Assembly: GCF_004010195.1 (NCBI RefSeq)
Contig: NW_025214746.1
Span: 1-50,000, forward strand
Length of the DNA: 50,000 nt
Reading direction: 5' to 3'
DNA from: Chiloscyllium plagiosum
Taxonomy: Eukaryota
In this document: positions 12,300-22,329 of the stretch, in pieces
How positions within the stretch are numbered: the stretch's first letter is position 1
How the letters are laid out: the number at the start of each line of letters is the position of its first letter
Notes under the pieces: model-generated
What the model was told of the DNA's origin: nothing
The model's database searches: none
What the model saw: only the letters and a program-made list of their open reading frames with translations
Translations under genes and position numbers: made by a program

Positions 12300-12758
12300 T
12301 TTGGAGCTTTCTCTGAAGCGCTGCTGTACTGTGTCTTTGGAATTTATTTGGTTCCATTCCTGCTGCTCCCGGTTGTTGGTTCTGGTTTTTTGTTTTAGAC
12401 CTTGATCCAATATACGGGTCATATGTGCTTGTTGGTAGAGTCCGTGGATGAGTGCCGTGCTTCTTGAAATTCTCTGGCTGTCCTCTGTTTAGCTTGTCCG
12501 ATGATTGTTCTGTTGTCCTCGTTGAGTTTGTAATCCTTGTCATCTGTGTGTGTGGCAAGTAGGGACAGCTGGTTGTGGTGTTTAGTGGATAGTTGGTGAT
12601 CGTGGATGTGGATTGCCCGTTGTCTGCTTGTTTGTCCTATGTAGTGATGCATTCAGTCTTTGCATGGAATCTTGTAAATTATGTTTGTCTTGCACATAAT
12701 GGATATTGAGTCTTTTGTCCTGGTGAGTTCTTGTCTGAGCATGGATGTCAGTTTTTAA

Positions 12759-13049
12759 AGATAGATTAGATTACTTACAGCGTGGTAACAGGCCCTTCAG
12801 CTCAACAAGTCCACACTGACCCGCCGAAGCGCACCCCACCCAGGCCCATTCCCCTACATTTACTCTTTCACCTAACCGACGGACAAATTAGCATGGCCAA
12901 TTCACCTAACCTGCACATTTTTGGACTGTGGGAGGAAACCCACGCAGACACAGGGAGAATGTGCAAACTCGACACAGAGTTGCCTGAGGCGGGAATTGAA
13001 CCCAGGTCTCTGGCACTGTGAGGCAATAGTGCTAACCACTGTGCCGCCC
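12759..13049 (-). mobile_element. HE1-like (V-SINE) tRNA-derived SINE inside the Penelope arm
   Basis: tRNA-like head, central TCTCCCTGTGTCTGCGTGGGTTTCCTCC, and TAATC tail. Confidence 0.9.
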
Positions 13050-13151
13050 ATGGTTTATGGGCTATCATGAATCTGTGTGGTTTGAGAAGCTTGGTTGTCA
13101 GTTCTGAGACATTATAGCCATCTTTTGCAAGATTAATGTAATTTACAAGAC

Positions 13152-13349
13152 GGACTAGGAGAAAGTGAGGACTGCAGATGCTGGAGATCAGAGCTGAAAA
13201 ATGTGTTGCTGGAAAAGCGCAGCAGGTCAGGCAGCATCGAAGGAGCAGGAGTATCGCCTTTTCGGGCATAAGCCCTTCTTCAGGAAGGGCTTATGCCCAA
13301 TACGTCGATTCTCCTGCTCCTTGGATGCTGCCTGACCTGCGCTTTTCCA
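13152..13349. mobile_element. Palindromic Penelope-type element (family B) with decayed hammerheads on both strands
   Basis: 14-bp TSD GTAATTTACAAGAC at 13138-13151 and 13350-13363. The arms fold back around GGGCATAAGCCCTTCTTCAGGAAGGGCTTATGCCC. Confidence 0.85.
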
Positions 13350-13679
13350 GTAATTTACAAGACTCCATGCAAAGCTCGATAGGACAAACTAGCAGACAAG
13401 TAGCAATCAGCATCCACGATCATCAACTAGCCACTAAACACCACGATCAGCTGTCCCTAGTAGCCATGTACACAGATGACAAGGACCGTAAATTTGACTG
13501 GGACAACACAGTGGTCATAGAGCAAGCCAAACAGAGAATTTCTAGAAGCATGGCACTTATTCATAGACTCCACAAGCACATAGGTCTAGACCCAATATAC
13601 CGGCCACTACAACAAAGAACCGGAAGCAGCAGAAGTGGAACCAAATAAATTCCAGAAGCGCTTCAGAGGACATTCCAAA

Positions 13680-13719
13680 GCACTGAAGATCATTCCCATT
13701 CAGGGGACGAAACATCTGC
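13680..13719 (+). ncRNA. Degenerate hammerhead in the right pLTR of the Penelope element
   Basis: GCA CUGAAGA U CAUUCCCAUUCAGGGGAC GAAA CA UC UGC; the base of stem II and the stem III palindrome are disrupted. Confidence 0.55.
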
Positions 13720-14202
13720 AAATCAACTTCCCAGCTTGGAGAACATACCCACAACTATGTTAATTATTTTATCTCTAGTTCCTTGCCCTGACTTCATAAA
13801 CTATTCTGTTTATATGCCATACTAAGTACTTAATGTTACTATATTTTAAAGTAAAATATCACAGCTTTTGGACGTTGGATAATGGAATACTGTGTGGACC
13901 TCTTGAGGTCAGCGAGTGGTATCGATGTTTCTATCTGTATTCCAGTCGTCATGAATGAGCTATCCGAGCAACCATCTAGCTTAAAGAGGATATTGTTCAC
14001 AACATACTTTTCTGCTTTTCATTATTGTGTCTGCAAATTTAGCTACCACACCCTCACTTCTCTCATCTAATTCATTGATGTGAATTGTAAAACTTTGAGG
14101 GTGCACCTCAGATTGCGACAGGGCTCCACTCATCACATGATGGTGATCAAAGAAAGACCCACTTGTTCATACTCCAGTTTCCACAAGCCAATCAACCTTT
14201 TA

Positions 14203-14370
14203 TTGAATTGAATTTATTGTCAAGTGTACCAAGGCACAGTGAAAAGCTTTGTCTTGGGAACAATACAGGCACATCACACAGTTAAATAGCAGAGATAGTA
14301 AATAATAGGTAATCAGTGGCAAAAAAAAACAGATACAGGCAAATGTTAAGAGTCTGAGAGTCCATTCAGG
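14203..14370 (-). mobile_element. Probable LINE 3' end (Rex1/RTE-like) inside an old CR1 relic
   Basis: Minus strand ends TGACAATAAA followed by TTCAA repeats. Family assignment is tentative. Confidence 0.45.
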
Positions 14371-14513
14371 CTAAGATGTTATCCTTTCCACCATGATCTT
14401 CTGCTTTCAGAATCCCTTTTATGTGACACTTCGTTAATTGCCTTCTGGAAAATACAGTACATCAACTTTGCGAGATACTCCTCAAAAGAAGTCGAATGAA
14501 TTGATTAAACGTA

Positions 14514-14676
14514 TTGGCCATGCTAAAATTACCCCATAGTGTGCAGGGATGTGCAGGTTAGCTAGGTTAGCCATGCAGGATTATTGAAGGACTCTGGGTT
14601 GGATGCTGCTCGGAGGGTTGGTGCAAATTTGATGGGTGGAATGTGCTCTTTCTACTCTCTAGGGGTTTTCTGATTC
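14514..14676 (+). mobile_element. HE1-like SINE 3' part (old)
   Basis: TGGCCATGCTAAAATTACCCCATAGTGT...GGAGGGTTGGTGCA. Confidence 0.75.
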
Positions 14677-14789
14677 CAGGTAAGCTGTTACAATCGATCC
14701 TTAAAGTTACAACTGGAAAACACAGGATACTTGGGAAGAGACAGCATGGCTTGGTGAAGTGGAAATGTTTTTCTAACGTTCTTGCCTTG

Positions 14790-15089
14790 AATCATAGAAT
14801 CCCTACACTGTAGAAAGTGGGCACTCACCCCATCAAGTCTGCACCAACCCTCTGAGGAGCATCCAATTCAGAGCCCTTCAATAACCCTGCATGGCTAACT
14901 TACATAACCTGTACACCCTGGGGCAATTTTTAGCATGGCCAATCCACCTCACTTACATATGTTTGAATGGTGGGAGGAAACCCACGCAGACAAGGAAAAC
15001 TAGAAAAAACTTCCAGGCAAGGTTGGAATTGAACCTGTGTTCCTGGTGCTGTGAAGCAGCAATGCGAACAATGTTTCACCATGCTGCCC
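14790..15089 (-). mobile_element. HE1-like SINE (diverged, full length)
   Basis: GGGAGGAAACCCACGCAGACA core, head GGGCAGCATGGTG on the minus strand, ATTCTATG-type tail. Confidence 0.85.
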
Positions 15090-15352
15090 ACAAGCTTGTT
15101 GTTTTCTCCCTTCCAGTCCATGAATGACAGGATTATATTTTCTACTTTCCGGTCTGGTGGAGCTACTACTTTGAAACTTAGCAACTACTATTCATGATTA
15201 GGTTCTTGCGGTTTCCATACTTAGTAAATTCAAGTATTTTGCTAATTTGTTCAAAAGTGCTCTTTAAGTGTGTAAAATAAATGCTTACAGATTTTGAACA
15301 TTTATCTTCTGTTTTATATGTTTACAATGTACTATTTATTTTCTTTATCCAG

Positions 15353-15423
15353 GTTGAATGTAATTTTTGCGAAATTTGATGAGGTTCAGAAATCTGGAAA
15401 TATGATTTTGTCTTCAGCAGCTG
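15353..15423 (+). CDS. CLASP1: CLASP1 internal coding exon (end of TOG1 region), 71 nt, phase 2 to phase 1
   Basis: Acceptor ttttctttatccAG and donor G|GTGAGT. Translates to (R)LNVIFAKFDEVQKSGNMILSSAA(D), matching recalled human CLASP1 RLNVIFTKFDEVQKSGNMIQSAND. Joins in frame to 42010. Confidence 0.93.
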
Positions 15424-15934
15424 GTGAGTTAACTGGACTGTTATTTTAATGCTGTCTTTGAAATTGGGACATTAAAGACCATGATGAGCTTCCAGATGAC
15501 ACTTGCAATCATCTGATGTTGTATTACTGGTGGAAGCCATTCTGAATTCAAACTCGCAGTTTTGTGTTTAATTATTGGTAGAAGCATTTGACAAGTGCCT
15601 ATTTGATTGGATGAGTTGTAGCTGAATCTAATTTTGTATTTTTGGGCAATGTTCTTTTTAAATGGAGAGGCAGTGTGGAAAGAAAAAGTATCCCTAACAA
15701 AAATATTTACTACTTTTTGATTTAAAAAGGCTGCTTTTTCTTTCTGAATGATTATTGGATAATGTCATGTTGTTAGACTTTTGAATAGTATCTCTGTCGT
15801 GTTTTATTTTCCTACACTAACATTGTTCATGCACTACATGTATTAAATGCTTGAAGTCATGTCCTTCTGTTGTCCTATCACAGCAATTTTTTTTTTCTTA
15901 TTTGCTCTGTTATGTACAAGACTATGATATCTAA

Positions 15935-16098
15935 ATTAGATTAAATGCCCTACAGTATGGTAACAGGCCCTTTGGCCAAACAAGTCCACAATGACCCTCC
16001 GAAGAGTAACCTACCCAGACCCATTCCCCTACCCAACATTTACATCTGACTAATGCATCTAACATTATGGGCAATTTAGCATGGCCAGTTCATCTGAC
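15935..16098 (-). mobile_element. HE1-like SINE 3' part
   Basis: ATTAGATTA...ACAGGCCCTTTGGCCAAACAAGTCCACA...GGCAATTTAGCATGGCCA. Confidence 0.85.
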
Positions 16099-16477
16099 CA
16101 AGTGTCTGTGTAGGTCCTTCAGGTAATAACCCATCAGTGTGGCTTGCTGTCAAATATCTTTGTTAAAGGTGCGTCGCAGAAACATTAGGACATTCGCAAC
16201 TTTAAAACATTGCCAAATAAATGCAAGTTATTGTTGTAAAGATTAACATTCCCCACTATCCTTATAGTGACTGTGTGTAAAGATTTCTTTTAAGTGTATG
16301 GCCATTTACATTATGTTTTTGCTGACTGTGCAGTCGCATCAGGATACTGTGCGACGAGGCAGCTCAGAGAAAACATTGAGTCCTGATACCATCAGGACAT
16401 ACAAGGATGGCCTACAAATGTCGTTTCACAGGCACCACCAAATGCTGAAGAAATTCTAAAAATGTCTCCTCTTTTAG

Positions 16478-16827
16478 GGGCAGCACGGTGGCTTAGTGGT
16501 TAGCACTACTGCCTCTCAGTACCAGGGACCTGGGTTTGATTCCCTACTCGGGCGACACTCTGTGTGGAGTTTACACATTCTCGCCATGTCTGTGTGGGTT
16601 TCCTCCCACACCCTCCGGGTGCTCCTATTTCCTCCCACAATCCAAAGATGTGCAGGTCAGGTGAACTGGTGGAGGCTAGTACAATTACAACATTTAAAAG
16701 ACATTTGGATGGGTATATGAATAGAAAAGGTTTAGAAGAATAGGGACTAGATTTATATAGGACATCTGGTCTGAATGGACAAGTTGGACTGAAGGGTTAG
16801 TTTCTATGGTGTATATCTCTGACTCTA
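16478..16827 (+). mobile_element. HE1 SINE 5' half joined directly to a CR1 3' end
   Basis: SINE runs to GGTGAACTGG (16669), then CR1 TGGAGGCTAGTACAATTACAACATTTAAAAGACATTTGGATG continues to a GACTCTA tail. Confidence 0.8.
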
Positions 16828-16969
16828 CAAAAGCAAGAATGGATAGAAATTGGGAACAAAGTTGATTTAAGCTTTCTGGTTTGATGCAAGAGTAGACAGT
16901 ACCTTTAGATACAGTGATCAATTTACCAAAAAGAATTGAGGGTGGAAACAGTAGAACTGAAACAAAGCA

Positions 16970-17170
16970 AAGAGAAAGTAAGGGCTGCAAGTGTTGGAGA
17001 GTCATTGGAAAGTGTGGCACTAGAAAAAGCTCCAAGGAGCAGGAGAGTCGGCATTTCAGGCGTAAGCCTTTCATCATATTTCTAATGAAAGGTCAACTCT
17101 CCTGCTCCTAGGATGCTGTCTGACCTGCTGTGCTTTTTCCAGTGCCACACTTTTCGACCATGTATCTCCT
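16970..17170. mobile_element. Decayed palindromic Penelope-type element (family B)
   Basis: Inverted arms AAAGTGTGGCACTAGAAAAAGC and GCTTTTTCCAGTGCCACACTTT around hammerhead remnants. Confidence 0.7.
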
Positions 17171-17464
17171 GAAAAGGCAGGCTCATTCAGGAAACATACG
17201 AGTTCCTGAAGCAATGCCCCTTGTTTTGGAGTCACGCACATGTGTGGAGTAATTGGGAATGATGTTTAAGGTAAAACCAGGTTTAGCCAGGCAGAAAAAG
17301 AGTGCTGATAGTTGGGGTCTCATTGCATCTCAGTGTGAGAATGATGAGGTAAACTGGTGACTGATGACACTGTAAACAAACTGGATGTCCGTAGTGTAGA
17401 GGAGACTTTTAGGAAGTGGAAACCACTAACTTAAATTTAATTAATTGATGTAGATTAGAAGATG

Positions 17465-18636
17465 TTGCAGATGACACAAAGGTTGGAGGTGTCGTCGATA
17501 GTTTCGAGGGCTATTGCAGGTTGCAGCACGACATAGACAGGATGCAGAGCTGGGTTGAGAAATGGCAGATGGAGTTCAACCTGGATAAATGCGAAGTGAT
17601 GCATTTGGAAGGTCGAACGCGCATGCTGAATGTAGGATTAAAGACAGGATTCTAGGTAGTGTCGAGGAACAGAGGGACCGGGGTGTGCAGGTACATAGAT
17701 CCCTCAAAATTGCCACCCAAGTGGATAGGGTTGTTAAGAAAGCATATGGTGTTTTGGCTTTCATTAACAGGGGGATTGAGTTTAAGAGGCGCGAGGTTTT
17801 GCTACAGCTCTATAAGTCCCTGGTGAGACCACACTTGGAATATTGTGTCCATTTCTGGTCGCCCTACTATAGGAAAGATACAGAGGCTTTGGAGAGGATG
17901 CAAAGAAGGTTTACCAGAATGCTGCCTGGATTGGGGGACTTGCCTTATGAAGAAAGTTTGAAAAAGCTCGGACTTTTCTCTCTGGAGAGAAGGAGGAAGA
18001 GAGGTGACCTGATCGAGGTATACAAGATAATGACAGGAATAGATAGCCAGAGACTCTTCCCCAGGGCAGAGTTGACGGGTACGAGGGGGTCATAGTTTGA
18101 AAATATTAGGGGTAAGGTATAGATTAGATTAGATTACTTACAGTGTGGAAACAGGCCCTTCGGCCCAACAAGTCCACACCGACTCTCCGAAGAGCAACCC
18201 ACCCAGACCCATTCCCCTACATTTACCCCTTCACCTAACACTACGGGCACTTTAGCATGGCCAATTCACCTAAACTGCACATTTTTGGACTGTGGGAGGA
18301 AACCCACGCAGACACGGGGAGAATGTGCAAATTCAACACAGTCAGTCGCTGGGTCTCTGGCGCTGTGAGGCAGCAGTGCTAACCACTGTGCCACCATGCC
18401 GCCGTATAGAGGAGATGTCAGAGGTAGGCTCTTTACGCAGAGTTGTGATAATGCGTTGCCAGCGGTGATGGTGGAAGCAGAGTCATTAGGGACATTTAAG
18501 TGACTGCTGGGCAGGCACCTGGAGCGCAGTAAGTTGAGGGGTGTGTAGGTTAAATTATTATATTTTACATTAGGATTAAACCTCGGCACAACATTGTGGG
18601 CCAAGGGGCCTGTTCTGTGCTGTACTTTTCTATGTT
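17465..18636 (+). mobile_element. Young CR1-clade LINE, 5' truncated, with a SINE inside
   Basis: ADDTKVGG motif, ORF 17589-18095 (RT C-terminus), and CTATGTT tail. Confidence 0.95.
18124..18403 (-). mobile_element. Young HE1-like SINE
   Basis: 7-bp TSD GTATAGA at 18117-18123 and 18404-18410; TAATC tail. Confidence 0.92.
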
Positions 18637-18971
18637 GTCGGAGTGAAAATCTAGCCAGGATCAGAAGAAGCATATTACAGGGATCTCACTTCTAGTTTTC
18701 TCTTTACTTTTCTCAATTTTTCTTCCCTTTTTTTTGTTTTTCTCTTTTAATGTTAGTGGGAAGAATAGCCATTTTTGCTGCACTCTGTCCTTGAAATTTC
18801 TGGGAAAATGCAGCCCCATATTCTACCACTCATGCTTCCTTCAATCTTCCCTCTATCATCTTTCCTTCTAGCACCATTCAAATTTATTGCTATCCCTATC
18901 TCTTCCCTTTTTGAACTATTCACTGCACTCTAACCTCAAATTCCCTTGTTCCGTTGTACGGTTTCCCCCTC

Positions 18972-19019
18972 ATGTCTGCTGTCTGCACGTGCGCAAGAGC
19001 TCATGTGACTCTCTCCCAT
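18972..19019 (+). CDS. Candidate alternative first exon X (MSAVCTCARAHVTLSH)
   Basis: ATG followed by 16 codons, then CAT|GTGAGT. Next comes a 103-nt intron-like segment with branch-like CCTTAAC, a long pyrimidine tract and TTTCAG. Kozak context is weak. Confidence 0.3.
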
Positions 19020-19122
19020 GTGAGTATTCACACACCCTGTATTCTGACTGGAGCAAATGTTTTCCTTAACCGTAATTTATTTCTCTTCCTCCTTCCACCT
19101 TCCACGTTCATTGCTCTTTCAG

Positions 19123-19330
19123 CCTCCTGTTTGCTCCATTTATTTATTTTCAAAAAATTCAGTTAGTTGTGAAGTTGAACAAATAAACATCAAATTGTCT
19201 GTTGCTTTCACACAGTGCCTCTTTAAAAATTCAGTATGTAAACACAAAAGTGACCTTTTGAAATTGACCCAACTGTTATTCAAATCATTGAGCCACACAA
19301 CTGAACATATACTGTTAAAAGCTGAAGAAA
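19123..19330 (+). CDS. Candidate alternative exon Y (69 codons + 1 nt)
   Basis: Acceptor cattgctctttcAG and donor AAA|GTAAGC. Stop-free from phase 0 to phase 1, which links ATG 18972 in frame to exon 42010. Confidence 0.3.
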
Positions 19331-20940
19331 GTAAGCTTGTTTCATACAGCTGATTGCTACTATTTGTATCCTGAGAACTAGCATACACTGCCAAGATGTC
19401 GTTAACCAAATATACCTAAAGCATCCAAGATCTGGCCTGAATATCAAATGCAAATAATTTTTGTTTTGGATATGCTGAGTTCATTCAAGTTAAACCTCAC
19501 TAAAGGCATTAAAATAATCCAAGTCAAGTGATGGATAACTTTGTTTAAACTTTTGTCTTATTTGGATATTGGAGACACTGCAACTGCTGAGGAAAAAGTG
19601 ATAGAAGAAAAACACGAGTGATATGTAGGGTAAAAGTCACCTTGTTGGCAGATTACTAAATTGCAGGGTGATAGATTTCATTTATGCAAACACGTTATAA
19701 ATCTGAACACAGAAATTTTATATTTGGACTAAGGAAGTTTTAATGATGACAACTATCAGATGCAAAATCAGATATTTTAGTAGGAAATTGAATTGACATT
19801 GAGGTTTTGTTTAACATATAAGTTATACTTGACTTCTGTAAGAAGTGAAACTAACATATAGAAACTGTGTATAGTACAAATTAAATCTATCCGTATAAAT
19901 AAATTTGGGTAGCTATAAAGTGTTCTAATGTTGACTGTAACTTAAGGGCATTTAAATGATCCAGCCTGATGTTATAAAAGTGCTGTAAACACTGCAAGGT
20001 TTCAGAGAATGAAGAATTTCATCTTGATGCGGTTCACCTTTTGAGATGTGATGTCTTGTATTGGAAATTTTTTTTGTGACTACGGGGATCAGAATTTTGA
20101 AGAGATGTTTTCATGGATGAAAATCCTCATTGTTTGGTTACTGTCATATTGGGCATTAAAATGTTTTTGAGCTAAGATGTAAACTGGAGTCTATGCACTT
20201 CTTCATTATAAAACAAATGACAATTGCTGGCTTCATGCAATAAGGAACTTGAGTTGAGAGTTTTGAATTTAAATTTGAGGTTGCTGAGTGGAATTATATT
20301 TTTGAATCATTGCTTTCGGTTAATTATGCAGGTGTTTTTTTTTAAACACCCAAAAGAGATATTCTATTTCGAGTGCAAGTGTTTGCAATTGGAGATCATC
20401 TAGTGTCTCCATTCAGATCTTTCCTCTCTGGTGATATGTAATTTATGTTCAATCTTTTGTGCTGGTTTACAGTGACTCATGGCACCATGCTAAGAAACAA
20501 GCATACCTGTCAATCAGTGTAAATGAATTTAGAAATTTCATTCTGATGCACTAGAAGAGACTCTAGATATTTGAGTTTGTATAAAAAATAATACGGTTTA
20601 TTTCAGTGCTCCCAATCTTCATGTTGGGGAAAAGGATTGCTTTTTGAAAAGATGTTGTACAGCGTACATTTTCTGGGCCAACCCAGTTCTCCACATTTTG
20701 TTCTATTATAAACCATCAAATGAAGGAAATATTGAGAGCTGGGTTAATTTGAAGGTTGGGCTTTCACTATAAATGTTGTCCCTTGGTTGAAAAGAAACTG
20801 GTGTCTTTAGCATTGGTGTTGATTGATGGTTGGTGTCTGTTTGACTGGGGAGGGTTTGATTGAATTTTACCCTATTGACACTAAATCCTCTGACTTCAGA
20901 GCTAACACTGAGCACTGTATTGTGTAGACTGGTGTTAGAT

Positions 20941-20956
20941 ATGACTACTGGTGAAG
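20941..20956 (+). CDS. CLASP1: Candidate coding part of an alternative first exon (CLASP gamma-type short isoform, MTTGE-D)
   Basis: gatATG ACT ACT GGT GAA G|GTAAGA: strong donor, phase 1, purine at -3. Splicing to 42010 gives MTTGEDKNFDEDDS, parallel to CLASP2-gamma MAMGDDKSFDDEES. Confidence 0.65.
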
Positions 20957-20993
20957 GTAAGATTCAAACTGAAATTTGTCAGTTTAAAATCAG

Positions 20994-21024
20994 ATGCATA
21001 ATTTGTCAGCGATAATTGATATGC
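20994..21024 (+). CDS. Candidate alternative first exon or alternative donor (MHNLSAIIDM-H)
   Basis: ATG CAT AAT TTG TCA GCG ATA ATT GAT ATG C|GTAAGT: consensus intronic donor bases, phase 1, in frame with exon 42010. Confidence 0.3.
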
Positions 21025-22329
21025 GTAAGTTTAGTATTTGAAAGAATCAACAGACATGTCAAGTAAAACGAAGAAAAAAGATGCTGAGTACAGTTTGTAA
21101 CAAAAAAATTTCAATTTTTGACAATATACATATTGGTTAACACGTGATAGTTGGCCTTTACAGTTAACAGAAGAAACAATTTATCCTTTTCTGTTGACTG
21201 AATTCATGAGTTATTTTTCTACATAAGAAATGTACATCATTTTGTAGGGAGCTGGTTTTTAAAACAAGGTGACTCAACAATTCATGACTAACACATAACT
21301 GCTTCAAAATACAAGTATCAGATGTTGGTTGTTTATTTACTTTGGTGTATTTATTGTTATAAATACTGGCTAATTTTGTTCTGACTGCTTTTAATAGCTT
21401 GTAGGATTCTTGGGGTGCAGTTTTAACATAATTCTGCTAAATTTCCATTTAATTCCTTTTGACTTCAGAAATTTTCCATTGTAATGTATTGTTTGTCTCC
21501 AGCCAGCAATAAATACTTGTCGGTTATAAACTTACTTGATTATCCCTTTAAATTATTTCTAAAACAAACTTCGAGATGTTAATACATGGGGACAATTTAA
21601 TAAGTTATTGATAGTCTGTTGAATTTTGTAGAGACCATCTCCTTAATAATTAGAATGATTAAGCTCCTTTCTACGTTTTTGTACATTTAGAACATATCTT
21701 AGTTGAGGAATCATTCATTAGTGAGTTTGTAGAATTTGTTTACTTTGCTGGACATTAAGTACATTGGATCTGCTATCTTGTTGGACTTGACTTGATAGAT
21801 TACTTTGTAACTTGTTGAGATTGTACACATAGTGAGAATAACGCTATTAACTTGATGGCTACTTTGCGTCAGCTGTTTCCAGCATCTTGTGTGTGAATAT
21901 TAAGTGCAATTTGTGCATTGTTACCAGGCATTGGTCTGATTTTTAAAAAAGTTATTTACAAAATTTATTTTTGTTGTTCTTCGAATGCTGACTTCATGTA
22001 AAGGAATTTACAGTTAATTTAAGTTTTTGGTTTTTTTGAATGGTTATTTCTTTCACCTCTATGTCGGGAATAAGATCCTGTGGAGAAGATAAAATGAGGA
22101 TTAAAATTAAGACCTTTTCCTGCTCTCTTGGCTATCACTTGCAGTCACGTCCTCATCTGGGAGGGTTGGGGTCAGCAGTTTTAATGTCCTTATTGAGCTG
22201 ATATTTAATACGACAGCAGCAGGCTCAGATTTGACTCCTGCTGTCTGTGAAATTGCCATCTGTTTTATTTATTGATGTCAGAAAGCAACACCATTCAACA
22301 TTATGGTTGCCTGCTTTTCTAAAATATAC

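Larger units (their letters stand above)
12194..13757. mobile_element. Penelope-like element (family C): inverted two-arm structure with GIY-YIG remnants and two nested insertions
   Basis: Minus arm encodes IIYKIPCK...YIGQTSRQ..IHIHDHQL; plus arm encodes IGQTSRQVAISIHDHQLATK..FDWDNT. Ends are inverted: TAGTTGTGGGTATGTTC (12222) and GAACATACCCACAACTA (ending 13757). Confidence 0.9.

Noticed and set aside
19062..19070. TTCCTTAAC matches the U12 branch-site consensus
   Set aside because: The next AG is about 50 nt away and the upstream donor is U2-type GTGAGT, so it is treated as an ordinary branch-site candidate.
19140..19409. 89-aa antisense ORF overlapping candidate exon Y
   Set aside because: Non-ATG start, no recognisable homology and no supporting splice structure.
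20988..21024. Frame IRCIICQR*LIC resembles CLASP2-beta MRRLICKRICD
   Set aside because: There is no ATG at the matching position, an in-frame stop is present, and the donor phase is wrong in that frame.
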